Position numbers and translations under genes: made by a program. The notes below the pieces were generated by a model. The model saw nothing but the letters and a program-made list of their open reading frames with translations. It had not been told where the DNA came from and ran no database searches. 64,000 nt of DNA, taken from Protoeuglena noctilucae (lineage: Eukaryota). Position 1 is the stretch's first letter. Each line of letters opens with the position of its first letter. The DNA lies in contig OY253675.1 of NCBI GenBank assembly GCA_958009085.1, forward strand, positions 372,001 to 436,000, given 5' to 3'. Of this stretch, positions 1-12,200 are shown one piece after another.

Positions 1-37
1 CCGTACGACGCGTGGTGCGGCCCTCGGTGCTTGCAGT

Positions 38-289
38 GAGAAGGAGTACACGGCTCGGCTGGTGGAGTTCGACAAGCGGTGCAAGGAGCTGGAGGCTAAG
101 ACGCGCGCCAAGCTGGAGCGCAAGTGGTTGGGGCCCCTGTGCAAGCCCAAGCTGTACCGGGGGCAGGACGGGGAGGCGGAGCGAGAGTCGCGGACCAATC
201 GGCTGTTCAAGGGCGAGAGTACGCTGCAGAAAGAGGAGGTGCGGCGGGCCATCCACCAGCAGCGCAAGACGTGGGCGGAGGGCAAGTGA
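38..289 (+). CDS. Last exon of an unknown basic/helical protein (gene begins upstream of window)
   Basis: Acceptor-like ttgcag ending ~37, then open frame EKEYTARLVEFDKRCKELEAK...KTWAEGK* with strongly G/C-ending codons. No family recognised. Confidence 0.55.
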   Translation, partial: EKEYTARLVEFDKRCKELEAKTRAKLERKWLGPLCKPKLYRGQDGEAERESRTNRLFKGESTLQKEEVRRAIHQQRKTWAEGK

Positions 290-468
290 TGGGGGCCCGT
301 AGGCTGTCTGCTACGCTAGGGGGCGCGAGGGTGGCGCGGGGGTCGCGGGGTTCTGTCACGCCAGCTTATGGGCTGTCTCGATCGGGAAGATAGCCCGACA
401 GGGGCCGTCATGGCCGCACAGGGGCCGCATAGCATCCGGGTTTAGCCGTGACGGCAACCTCATGTCGG

Positions 469-2790
469 CTAGTGTCGGTCCATTTCGCGAACGGTGACCA
501 CGGTGCTCGGGCTCTGCTTGTTGAGGCTCGTGAAGAGCCATAGCTTGAAGAGGGTGTCGAGAAGGATGGGCACGAAACTTACGAAGAGGCCCTTGGGCAC
601 GTCGCCCACGTCCCAGCCGTAGTGCTCGCTGCGACAACGCGGGATATCTACGATGAGCGATCGATGAGCAATCGCAAAAGCAGCGTAATTGTGAAGGGTC
701 AAATAGCAAGGACCCTGCTTGATGCCCGAGATGCCGTGCGTGCATGTGATCAGTCAGAGTCTGTGCTCTCATTGTGTACAGGCCCGGGGTCGCGACTCAC
801 CAGATGAGGTTGACGGCCGAGCCCCAGCCCTCCTCTGAGTGATACCCGCACACGATGTCAGCGGCGCTGATGATGATGAAGGCCTTGCCCGTGTCCGAGA
901 GACCCCCGAAGAAGCGGCTCATGGTTCGGAAAAGCACGCGCCGACCTGGGAGCATTGGCCGACACAGGGCGGACTGTTTCGAGCCCTGCTGGGTACTGGA
1001 GGGACGCACCGACGCACCAGCGTATGTATCAATGCGTACACCACCTCATGACATGCGCTAGCATGTCTCGCTTGCGTCTCTCCACTGCACTGACCGACAG
1101 TGCACACTCACCGACCGTGTCACGGAAGAAGACGAACATGAAGACGACGCCGAACACGCTGTCCGACACCATGTTCTCGAGTTTGGATCGATTCTCACGC
1201 CGAAACTCCTCTGCGATTTCGATGGCCTCCTGCAGGCGACGATTGGCAAAGCCTGGTCGGGTATGTGTGATGCGATGCATGCGGGCGTGCATGAGCCACG
1301 GACGCTGCCAGCGGAGGAAGAGCGCAACTGATATGTGCTAGTCACGAGCGCAGCGACGCACCACCACTGCATCAGGCGTGCACCCACCTTGCGCAAGTCA
1401 TACTGCAGCTCGGCGTCCGTCAGCGGTGGCGCCTTGCCGATGCCCGCGTAAAATCGCAGACGGGCCTCGTGCTGCTTCACCTTGTGCGCCCCTTCTAGCT
1501 TCTGCTTGTCTGCGACACGTCACAGGGTTGGGGCCATGCGTCAACGCAACCATTGCACAGCAGCGGCGGATGGTGCAGGAGCTCCCGCAGAGCGCACCGC
1601 ACCTGACAGGGCAAACACCGTTGGATTGTTTTCTTGAAGAATTTCGAAACCCGGGTCGATGAAAAGCCAGCGGACGGACGAGGAGAAGATGAAGGGGATC
1701 AGGAAAAGGATGCCGGCGAACTTGACGGCCTGCCGCGACTCCCACTCGTTCGCGCGCATCTCCAATCTGTGTGCAGGAGAGTTTTGAGCATGTCGCCCGA
1801 GACTCCAGCATGCAGCGAGAGCGCAGCATGCCGGGGCAGGCCGCACCTTAAGTCCGCATCCACGGCCTCCTCATCCGGGTTGAGCTTGTCCACCCACGCG
1901 CGCACGTCGAGCATCGGGTTCAGGTACTGATCCCTACCCCGCTGCACGCGGTCCACGAGCTTCTCCCCTGCAGCGCACGGCGCAGCATCCGTGTGCATGA
2001 CTCGCCTCGCGCATGATGCGAGGAGCGCGTCCCTAGCCCCGGTATGCGGTTTCCTGACCTGATATAGTCCAACTTTTCCTTGCGTCCTTGCGGCCGCTCG
2101 ACTTGGCGTCCTCCCAGTCGGAGATGGGGTCCGCAATGTCGAGAGCCCACGAATCGAGGAACTCCTCCACCTCGTTGACGTCCATCTGGTCCCCCGAGAC
2201 GATCTTGGTCTTCGCCTGCGTCGTGCAAGCAAGGGCGCGCCGTCAACGCCTGCAGCCCAGGTGGGAAAGCGCCCGATGCAGCCAGCCGCGGCGCACCTCT
2301 TCATCGGGGCGCCTCTTCCTGTCCACGTTCCGCAGCGCCGGGTCGAACGTATACAACCGGTTCCATCCACGCGGCTTGCGCCCCTCCCTCTTGGTGTCGA
2401 GCCGGAACAGCCAGCCTGCATGCCCCGAGACATCTCATAAGGCCCACGCTACCGGCAGCCGCGTCGCGAATGGCAGCAGCGATCGGACACATCGGTGCCA
2501 GTCTTTCGCCTCTTGCGCACCTGAAGGCCGCGCCGCGACAGGCTTGTCCTTGTCCCTGCTATCCCCACTCCCACTCGTCCCCCCCTCTTGGCCCCTCTCG
2601 CCCTCCGATGGCCCATCCCCGTTGCTCTTCGCAGACACTGGCACGATCCTCACCCATCGCGGCCCCCGGGGCGCAGGCGCGAGCGCGCGATTGCGAGCCT
2701 TCACGGCAGGCCATGGCCCTCCAGCGGGAGGGTCCACAGGGCGCCGGCTCGTCGTGGCGACATGACTCGAGCAGATGATGTACTGCGGAT
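469..2790 (-). CDS. cemA: Nuclear-encoded CemA/PxcA (Ycf10/DLDG1-like) chloroplast envelope proton-extrusion family protein, multi-exon; start codon uncertain
   Basis: Exons encode GLSDTGKAFIIISAADIVCGYHSEEGW (~830-910) and FVSFVPILLDTLFKLWLFTSLN..SPSTVVTVREMDRH* (469-628). These match the CemA C-terminal motifs LSDxxKAFxIIxxxDxFVGFHSxxGW and FPVILDTxFKYWxFxxLNxxSPS. A transit-peptide-like R/A/P-rich segment lies at ~2600-2790. Confidence 0.85.
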
Positions 2791-3540
2791 GTGGAGCACA
2801 TTATACTCAATCAGCGAGCGGCGTCAAGCAGCTTCTATAGCACCGCATCGCCATGGAAGGGGCCACGGAGACACCCAGCCTTTCCACGCACGTCCAAGTC
2901 GCATTTGCCCCGAGCAGCGATCAAAGGACCCTCCAGCGAGCATGAGTAACACATGTGCATGCGCGGAACGAGGATGTCCTGTCTCCGGACGCCCTGGGAG
3001 CGCTGGCGCGTGCGTGGGTGGGATGAGTGATGTCGGGCACCTTTGAGCAGACGGTCATCCTGCTCGGCCTCCTCTGGGGGGAGTCCTGAAACGCCTAGCT
3101 CTGCGACGCGGGAACCGTGACTGCAATTCTTGCTGAAAAGCCGGGGCCGCCTCGGAAAAACGTGCCCTGCGCCCCGCGGCGCCACACGTCCGCACCGCCC
3201 GCCTCGGCAGCTGGCTGCAGATTTCAACGCAAGCAAAATATTCCCAGCAGCGGCCCGAGCGCACACCACATGAAACTGCAGTCCGGGCGCCAGTACACGG
3301 CACAGGGCGACAGGCTCCTCACGGCGTGCGGCAGGATCGCCTGCACGAGTGGACGACCATCGTGCGGGGAGGACAGTCCGCGCCGCCCTGGTCCGCTGAG
3401 GGCGCACAGGCGCTTTTCAAACCGAGCCCGGCCCGGCGCGTCTCAGGAAGGATCCCACCCTCGTGCGCGATCGACGGAGCGAAGGAGGGCGCTGATTTCT
3501 CGCGGCGGGCGTCGCCTCGCCGGTTGCCCCGCCCCAGGTC

Positions 3541-4721
3541 ATGTTCTTCCGGCGCAAGCCGAAGGCCGCCGACGCAGACCAAGGCGCGAGCGTCCCAGGT
3601 GCGCCCTGCCGCGAATCCACTGCGTCGCGCGACCGGTTCTGCGACTGACCGGCGCCAGCTCTGTCCCCGGCGCGCTCGTGACGCCAACTTCCATGGCCTC
3701 CCGCAGTGCCAGCTACCACCAAGGCCGTCCCCGGCCAGGACCCGCCGACATCGCGGGAGCCGCCGCCGGCCCCCTCGCGTGCGTCGGCGGGGGACGCGCT
3801 CGAGCGCAGGAGCTCCTTCCTCCAGCGCCTGTGAGAATCGCGATGGATGCAGCGAGACGTGGGTTGCGGTGTCCGAAGTCGCACCCGCGCGAATCGATTC
3901 CCGCATTTCCGTGCACCTGCGCGCGCAGGTCGGAGCGTCGGAAGAGTCGGGACCACGAGCGGCAGAAGAGCCCGTCCGCGGCGGCGGAGCTGGCCCAGCG
4001 CAACGCGCAGCTGCAGGTAAGGCAGGCTCTCAGGGCCCGCAGCTGCCTGCGCCGCGCTCCTTCGGCCGCAGTAACCGTACACTCGCATCGACGTGTCGCA
4101 GAGCGAGGTGGAGCGGCTCGGGAAGGAGCTCGCGGAGGCGCAGCTGGTCGCGGCCGGGTGGCAGGCCGAGTGCACGGTGAGCGACAGGCTGAGCAGGCAT
4201 CTGTGCCTTTCTGATTCTCAAACAGCTGTATTAATCCAATGACGGCGTGCCCGTGCCCTCTCGCGTGTCACAGAAGCTCCAGGACTACGCCCAGCGCGCC
4301 GTGCGGCACCTGCAAGAGGCGGAGAGGCAGAAGCAGGAGGCAGAGAATATGCATGTGCTGAAGCTGGAGCTACTGGTGGATATGTGGGCAGCATCCCTGG
4401 TGAGACGGCGGGGGGCTATTGGTGGATATGTGCGCGTGCTTTGTAACGGGTCGGGAGCGTGAGGGTCAGCCACGCGTGCAGCTGCAACGAGTGGTGCAGT
4501 CGCGGGTGTTGCATGGACAGCCAGTGTGCTTGTGCGTCTTACCATCCCCTTTCACGCACCTCGCCCCGCAGATCGACGCGCAGACCAACGCAGCCGGCAA
4601 CGACCCCTCTCGCGTGGCCGACATCCGCGCCTCCATCGCGCGCTCCCTCCAGGAGTACTCCAAGCTCTCTGACAAACTCTCTGATATCTCCCTGCGCGAC
4701 TCGGCACACGCCAGCTTCTGA
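3541..4721 (+). CDS. Small coiled-coil protein, possibly Chibby-like; ~6 exons
   Basis: First exon MFFRRKPKAADADQGASVP then gt; later exons ELAQRNAQLQ / SEVERLGKELAEAQ / KQEAENMHVLKLELLVDMWAASL / IDAQ...HASF*. The motif ENMHVLKLELLVDM resembles the Chibby coiled-coil ENNxLxLKxxxLLDM (weak). Confidence 0.5.
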
Positions 4722-4895
4722 GCATTCGCTTTCACTGCGCCAACGCTGGGTCGGGGTCCGTGGGGCTTACCGGGCTTACAAAGGGCAAAGGGCGGCACAC
4801 CAAAGCACCAGAGCGCGAGCGTCTACGCCCGTGCCCTCAACGAAGGTCTAAGCACTCTGCCGGGCCTCATCTAACACAGCGAAGGGCGCCGCGCC

Positions 4896-7800
4896 ATGTG
4901 GGCGACACTGAACGGCGCCCTGGGCACGGCGAGCCGCCTAGCCTCGTCTGCGGTGCAGCAGGCGGGCCACGTGGACTTTTCAAGAATCACCCAGGCGGCG
5001 GGGACGGTGCTGGACGCGGTGGAGGGCTACGTGGCGCCACCGCCGAGGCAGGCCCCGGTTGCTGCGGATGTCACAGAGGGAGGTCCTCCTGCCACCGGGG
5101 ATGCCAATGTCACAGTGGGAGGTCCTCCTTCAGGCCACCCTCTTTTACACCCAAGGGATCCTGACCCAGGCTACCTTCACCTCTCGGGCGATGCACGTGA
5201 GGAGGCGGGTGTCGCAGATGGCGGGGGGGACGGAAGGGTGGGCCCTGGGCCGGCGGGGCACGCGCGGGGTGTGGGGGCCGTGGGGGCGGGTTTGCGTCTG
5301 GCGGAGACCTTAGGGAAGCAGAGCAGGGATAGATCGGATGGGTGGAGGGATGAGGGCGGTGGAGATCGACTGCCAGTTTCGATGCCGTCTGGTCTTGCGG
5401 TCCCTTCTGTGGGGGGTGTCAGGGTCGGGAGCGGTGGTGGGGGTGGGGGTGTCGGGGCGGGGAGCGGTGGGGGTGGCACCGGCGGTGGGGGTGGTGGCGT
5501 GGGAGCCGGGTCAGCGGGTGGTGCGGGGAGCAGTGCGTGGGACGGTGCGGGAGGGGTCGCTAAGCCGGGCGCAGCGAGCAACGAGACCGCTCCCCACCGA
5601 CAAGCCCACCCGGCAAGCGCCAGACCCGCGGAGCCCCCGCACCCGCCCAGGCCCGGTGCGCCCCCGGCCATGGCACCCGGCCTCAACCCCGCACCTGAGC
5701 CACCGCAGCTGCGACCCACTCCTGGCCCGGCGGCCGCAGCTGTGCCGGGCCCACGTCCCCAGGGCCCTCTGTCTTCTGGCGTTTCGGCTTCTGCAGCCGA
5801 CCCCGACTCTGCCGCTGCCCGACTGGCCCAGCTAAGGGAGCGGCTACGGTCAGGGGCGGATGGGCAGGGAGTGGCAGGGCAGGGGTTGACAGCGCAGGGG
5901 GTGCGAGTGCAGGGAGCGACAGGGCAAGCTACAGCCACAGGCCCGGCGAGCGCGTCGCCCGCGCCACAGCCACCCAGCCATGCAATCCATGCACCCATCA
6001 GCGCAGCAGGGGCGACGGCGGAGAGAGCCGGGGTTGGGGTTGTCAGCGCTGAGAGCTCTGCATCAGAGCGGCAGTTGCGAGACGAGGTGCTGGCGCTCAG
6101 AGAGCGGCTGGCGCGGAGCAAGCGGCTGGCAGCAGAGCATGAAATGGAGCGGGATGCGGAACGTGCTGCGGTGGCGAGGGCGGCGGAGGAGCTGCGGGGG
6201 GAGGTGGCGGAGTGGCGGGGGCGCGCGAGGGATGCGGCCGCAATGACGGAGCGCGCAGCGGCATTGGAGTCGCGGTTGCGGGAGGCGGAGGAGCGGGAGC
6301 GAGCGCGTGAGGTGCGGATCAAAGAGCTGGAGAGGGAGGTGGGGGTGGCATCGGTGAGGGAGCGAGAGAGGAAGCTGGAGGGTCGGGTGGCGGCGCTTGA
6401 GAGGGAGCTGAGAGAGGCGCGGGCGGAAGTGGAAAGAGCTCAGCTGCGTGCGGAGGAGGCGAGGAGAGAGGCGGAGGGGAGGGTGGCGGAGGTGGCGGGG
6501 GAAACGGAGGAGCTGCGGCGTCGGCTGCGGGAGGCCGAGGGGAGGGCAGCAGAGGCGGAGCGGCGAGCGGAGGAGGCGCGGAGAGTGGGGAATGATGAGG
6601 TGACGAGTTGCGGGGTGTGCGTGGGGTGTGCGCGTGGGCGATGGGGTTGATGCGGGTGACTACGGCTGACATCACGGCAAAGTGCATCTGTTACTGATTT
6701 TACTACTAACAAGAGGGGGTCCTCAAGTTGCTATCTGCGTGTTCTCGCAGAGTGCATCGACGCAGCAGGACGTGCAGTCCCTGTGTGACGAGATCGCCTC
6801 CCTCCGCACCGCCAATCGCAAGGCCTCGCGACGGGTGGCGGAGCTGGTGGCGGCCAACGAGGCGATTGAGAGGGCATTGCAAGAAGCACAGGCGCAGGCA
6901 GCGAGGGTGAGGGAGGTGGTGGTGGTGGGTGCGTGGGTGCGGGGGTGTTGTGAGGGTGAGGCGAAGCTCCGATGCCTTCTACACACATTATACATCTTAT
7001 GTACTCATCCATGTGCAGGACTTGGAGGACCAGTTGGTGTCCCGCGACGCTCTGTGGAAGGAGCAGGTGCGGGAGGGGCGCGAGGCGCTGCGAATGATGC
7101 AGGAGAAGCAAACGGCACTGGAGCAGCGACTGGCTGAGGTGTTGGAAGCGGGGGAGGGGGGCGGGGTGTCTGCGGAGGGCGCGGGCGCGGGTGGTGGTGC
7201 GGGTGGCAGTGCGGGTGGCAGCTCGGCGGAGGTGGCTGCGTTGCGGGAGAGGGTCGCGGCGCTGGAGGCGGAGGCGGATCGTCGCGAGGAGGAATGCGCT
7301 GCGCTGCGGCGGCGGGTGCGGGAGCGGGAAGACGACGCGGCTGCGGTGGAGCGAAGGGCGGCGGGGGCTGCGAGGGAGCTGGAGAGCGCCTTGCGCGAGG
7401 CGGAGGTTGCGGGGAGGAGAGCCGACGAGGCAGAAGCGGAGTTGGAGAGGCTGCGGGGGTTGCGGGGTGGGGCGGGGGGTGACGCAGGGGCGGCGGGGGC
7501 GGCGAGTGGGGATGGTGCAGAGGCTGAGGTGAGGGGTTGGTGGCTGGTGCTTGGTGATGGATGCGTGGTATGGTGCGTGGTGAGAGAGCTGCTCTTGCCC
7601 CTTGCAAACCCCTCTTCATACCCCACCCCACCACCACCCCCAAATGTACCCCACGCAACCCCCACCATCCCCCACCCACCCCCCGCAGCTCCGCCGCCTC
7701 CGCGAGGACCTCGACGCCGCCAGAAACGAGGCGGCGCGCGCGGGCCGCGACCTGCGTCGTTTGAAGAAGCAAGTGGTGGCGGAGCAAGCAGAGGTCGAGG

Positions 7801-8973
7801 ACGCCGTGCGGGCGAGAGTCGAGGCCGGGGTGGCGGAGGTGCTGGGGGCGCTTGGGCTGCTGGAAGCAGGCAATGCGGCGCTGGGCGAAGCGGGGGGTGA
7901 GGGTGCAGGTGGTGGTGCGGGTGCGGGTGTGGGTGGCAGTGGGGGTGGTGATCCAGCGGGGCTAGCAGCAGCGGTGGCGGCGAGGCTCCGGGACCAGCGG
8001 CGCGCGGCGGAGGGGTGGCGGGAGGAGCGGGAAGCCCTGCGGCGCGCTTTGGCCGAGCGGGACAGGGAGGTGGCGAACTTGCAGGCGGCGCTGGGGGCTC
8101 TTGCCGCGGAGTCTGCGGTGGGGGAGGCCGCGTGGCACGAGGCGCAATCGATGCGGGCGGAGCTGGCGAGGGCGCGGGCGGAGGCGGAGGCGGCGGCAGG
8201 GGAGGTGGCGATGCTGCGGGCGGCGTGCGAGGGGGCGGAACGAGCAGCGAGGGAGACGGAGGGTGCGAGGGAGGAGGCGGAGCGGGCGCGGGTGGCCGTG
8301 GTGAGTGGGACGGGGAGTGGGGGTGGGGGGATGGATCGAACCCAGCTGAGTGGTTGCGTGGGGGTAACGAGCAATGTGTTACTGCCACTTCACATCTCCA
8401 CATCTGATCTACAAAACCATGTTATCCATGCCACTTACTCCACAGATAGCAGAGTCCTCGGAGCTCCGCGCATCGGTCGAGGATCTGCGCCGCCGCCTGC
8501 GCCGCGCCGAGTCTCAGTCGGAGTTGGTCGACCGCACCATCGTCAGGAAACTGCTCGTGACGTGGTTCCAGGCGAGGAGGGGTGTTTGTTATCACGATCT
8601 ATGTCACGTAATGATGTGATAACCATATGAAAGCATGGTATTGCTACCCGTCTGAAGGGTGCGTGGCAAGTAACACATGGGGCGTGCTTTCCGATCAACC
8701 CACACATCCACACAACCTCCACCCTCCCCGCAGCGCAACCGCGCCCCCGAGGTCCTCCGCATTCTGGCAAACATGCTGGGGTTTACCCCGGACGACCTGA
8801 CAGCAGCAGGGCTGACCAAGCAATCGGAAGAAGTGACCGAGCAGTGGGTTCACTTTTTGATGGAGGCGGCGGAGGGGGACAGTGGCGGGAGTGGCGAGGG
8901 AGGTGGGGAGGGGCTTGCAGGTGGGGGAATTGCAGACACGGACCCTGCACTGCTGCCGCCCGCGATGAAGTGA
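4896..8973 (+). CDS. Golgin of the GMAP-210/Rud3/plant GC3-GC4 type (long coiled coil plus C-terminal GRAB domain), multi-exon
   Basis: Long E/R/A coiled-coil exons. The spliced C-terminus LVDRTIVRKLLVTWFQ|RNRAPEVLRILANMLGFTPDD...QWVHFLMEAAE matches the GRAB motif of plant GC3/GC4 (VDRRIVIKLLVTYFQRN..KEVL..M..MLGF) and the downstream WVxFL motif. The junction uses a GC-AG intron, 8572-8733. Confidence 0.85.
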
Positions 8974-9284
8974 CGGAGCTGAGGGAGTGGGGTAGGTGTG
9001 GGGTGGCTAGCTGTGGAGTGACAACTCACGCGCATGAGTATCAGGGTGATGGGCTGTTGTGAATGTTGGTGTTGCAACTCTGCAGTCGTGTTGTGACTGG
9101 CAATTGTGTTGCTTTTGATGAAATGAACATGGTGGCGGTGCATCTCGGCAACCGTGTTGGGGTCACTCGACGTCGACATTCAAAATGATTCCCTGCACCC
9201 CCTTCATCTCACGCCCGCCTCCCCCCTCGTCATCTACTGAGCGCCCGTCTCTTATCAACAGAGCTCGGCAACGTGCCCCTCATC

Positions 9285-12200
9285 TCATGCCTCTCCCCAG
9301 TCGTCGTCATCCAAGTCCAGCTGGTCCTGAGAATGGAGATAGAATAGGATCGCTTTGCTAATTCAGTACAGTTGCTAACTAAGTACAGTATAACTCACTT
9401 GTCACTACCTACACAGCATACATAGCACGAATGGCAACACTGATGCAATGACGCTACCATCCACCCACTCACGTCCGCATCAGCCCCCTCGTCCCCCAGA
9501 TCCACGTCACGCACCAAATCGTCAATGCCCTCCAAGTCATCCACCTGTGGGGTGATGAAAGAAAGCAACTATTTCAATGAGTATTAATAAGTGATGGCAG
9601 ACTCATCGCATCGCCCGCCACAGCCCGCAACGCACCTCCGCTCCCGCAACCCCCGCCCCCGCCCCCGCCGCCACCCCAGCCGCCCCCACCGCCCCCTCCG
9701 CCCCCGCCGTCTCCGTCACCGTCGCCAGCCCCGCCGTCGCTGCCGCCGCCCCCGCCGCTGCCCCCCCATCTCCCGTCTCAGTACCCCTGAACCCCCCTTC
9801 AGGCTGCATGGGCGTCCCACCATCCAACGCGCCCGCATTCGGCATGCGATTGACGATCGAGAAAGAGTCGGACGTTCGAGGTCCCATGGAAAGAGAACCG
9901 GAGGAGATGCCAGAAACACGGGCGTCAGTGGCTGGCATCTCGAGGGTGGGGGCCGGGCGGGGCTTGGCAGCGGGGGCGGGTGCGGGTGCGGATGCGTTGC
10001 CGTTGGAGAGGAGGGGGGCTGCGGGGGTGGGGTTGGGGATGAGGTTGTGGGTGAGGGTGGCAGTGGGGGTGGGGGTGGAGGTGGAGGTGAGGGTGGCAGT
10101 GGGGGTGTGGGGGTGAGGTGAGGGTGGCAGTGGGGGTGGCAGTGGGGTGGCAGCGAGGGTAAAGAGATTGTGAAGTGGACTTACCACCCCGAACACTCTA
10201 CCATTCAACTACCCCACTCCATCACACCCACTCACCCCCCACGGGCATGGATCTCATCAACGCCACCAGATCCACACAGTCACCCACCACCCCATCCCCG
10301 CTCACTGACCCCCCAGCTACCCCCCCACCACCCCACATCCCCACCACCCCTCACTCACCCCCCGCGGGCATGCTCCTCATCAGTGCGACCAGATCCGCCA
10401 CCTCCTCGTCCGCCACATCCATGTAGTCCCCCGCGTCCCTGCCCCCCATCTGCTGCCTCATGTTCTCCGCTTTCAAGAGGTCAGGGTAGTCGGGGAAAGC
10501 CTCGGGGTTGCGGTCGGGGTCCGCCAGGCCGTCGGCCACGTGCGTGAGGGACTGGGAGTGGGTGCTGGGGGGGTGGGGGGAGGGTGGTGGGTAAATGAGT
10601 GAGTCAGCGACTGGGAGTGGGTGCTGCGGGGGTGAAGGGGGGTGAGTGGAGGTGAGGGGCGGTGAGTGAGTGGGGCGGGTGGGTCAGAGACTGTGAGTGG
10701 GTGCTGTGGATGAAGAGAGAGAGGGTGGGGTGGCTGTGAGGGTGAGTGAGTGAATGGGGGTGAATGCGGGTGGGTGAGTGCGTGGGTGAGTGGGGGTAGC
10801 ATTAAGGGTGCTTCACACATCTACACCCACCCACTCCACCCCTCACCTCAGCTCCTCCCTCCACATCCCGACCGCCTCCGTTACACACACACACACAACA
10901 TCCACACCCCACCCCACCATCACCCCCCACATGTATGATGCATACATAAACAAACCCCCAGCCCCCTCACCTCAGCTCCTCCCTCCACATCCCGACCGCC
11001 TCGGCGATGCGCGAGGGCAGGTACGTCCTTGCAAAGAAGGCCGCCTCCGGGTACCTCTTGCACTTGACCAGCACCTCGTAGCACTTCTCGACGTTGTTCG
11101 TCAGGTAATGGCCCATGAACGCCAGGTTGTGCTGGCCCTGCTGCTCGGCGCGCGTGGCGAGCGAGGACATGCCCTCGCGGTTGCCCTGGGGTGGAAGGTG
11201 GGAGAGGTGTGCGTGAGAGATGTCAGTACAATAACATCGACAACATTGTTACAATCATAAAAATATTAGTCGAAATACCAAGTGATAATACATGGTAAGT
11301 GACAACTACTGAGAAATAAGTGACAAAGTATCAATAGAATCAACAACAATCCATAACACCCACACCCCTACCCCCTCGCCTGCGCGGTGTAGATGAGCAG
11401 GAGGGTGGCCAGGTCCCCCGCCCTGGTTGCCGCTTCGGCCGCCTCATCCACCGCCCCCGCCTTGATCGCCAGCTCCCCGATCTGCCGCCATTTGGTATCT
11501 GACTCGTCGCTCGCCGCCAGCTGCATGGCGTCCGACAGCCGCCCCAGCTGCACTGCCAACTCAAAGCGGTAATCGGGGTCCACCGCCACGTGGAAGGCTT
11601 TCTGGGGATGATATGGGAATTATATTCATAATTTTACTTATAGATAGTCATATTGTTTGTAATGGGGGGGGTAGTCGGGGTCCATCGCCACGTGGAAGGC
11701 CTTTGGGTGTAAGGGATGGCAGTGACAATGACAGTAATAATAAAAGTGATTATACTTCTTATAGTTGTTACCAGTCCCCACCCCACTTCCCACCCCCCCA
11801 TTCACCCCACACCCCATCCCCCCTCACCTCCGCCTGCCCCTTGGCTGCCATACACCCCACCCCACACCCCTCCCCTCACCCACCCCACCCCACTCCACCC
11901 CCCGTAACCCCTCACCTCCGCCTGCCCCCGGGCCGCCAGGAACCTCGCCACGCTGTCCAGCTGCGACTTGGGGATCTGGGGCAGCAGCGCCTGGGCCGCC
12001 TCCTCCTCCCCACGCAGCAGCAGCGTCTTGTACTCGATCACTGCGGACGATGGAATAGCAATGATAGTAAGATATGAACACCGATGTATTGATATGGAGC
12101 GTCAGTGCATTGTACGCAGTCACTGCGAGGATGGTGTGAGAACAACATGGATACTGCAGCCACCCAACCATTCCCTCTCTCCACCCCACCCACCCAACAC

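Noticed and set aside
3117..4214. 365-aa and overlapping Arg-rich ORFs
   Set aside because: Stop-poor GC-rich DNA spanning a promoter and introns; only short segments belong to the spliced gene starting at 3541.
5177..8403. Long Pro/Ser-rich minus-strand ORFs resembling extensins/HRGPs
   Set aside because: Antisense translation of G-rich golgin exons and introns.
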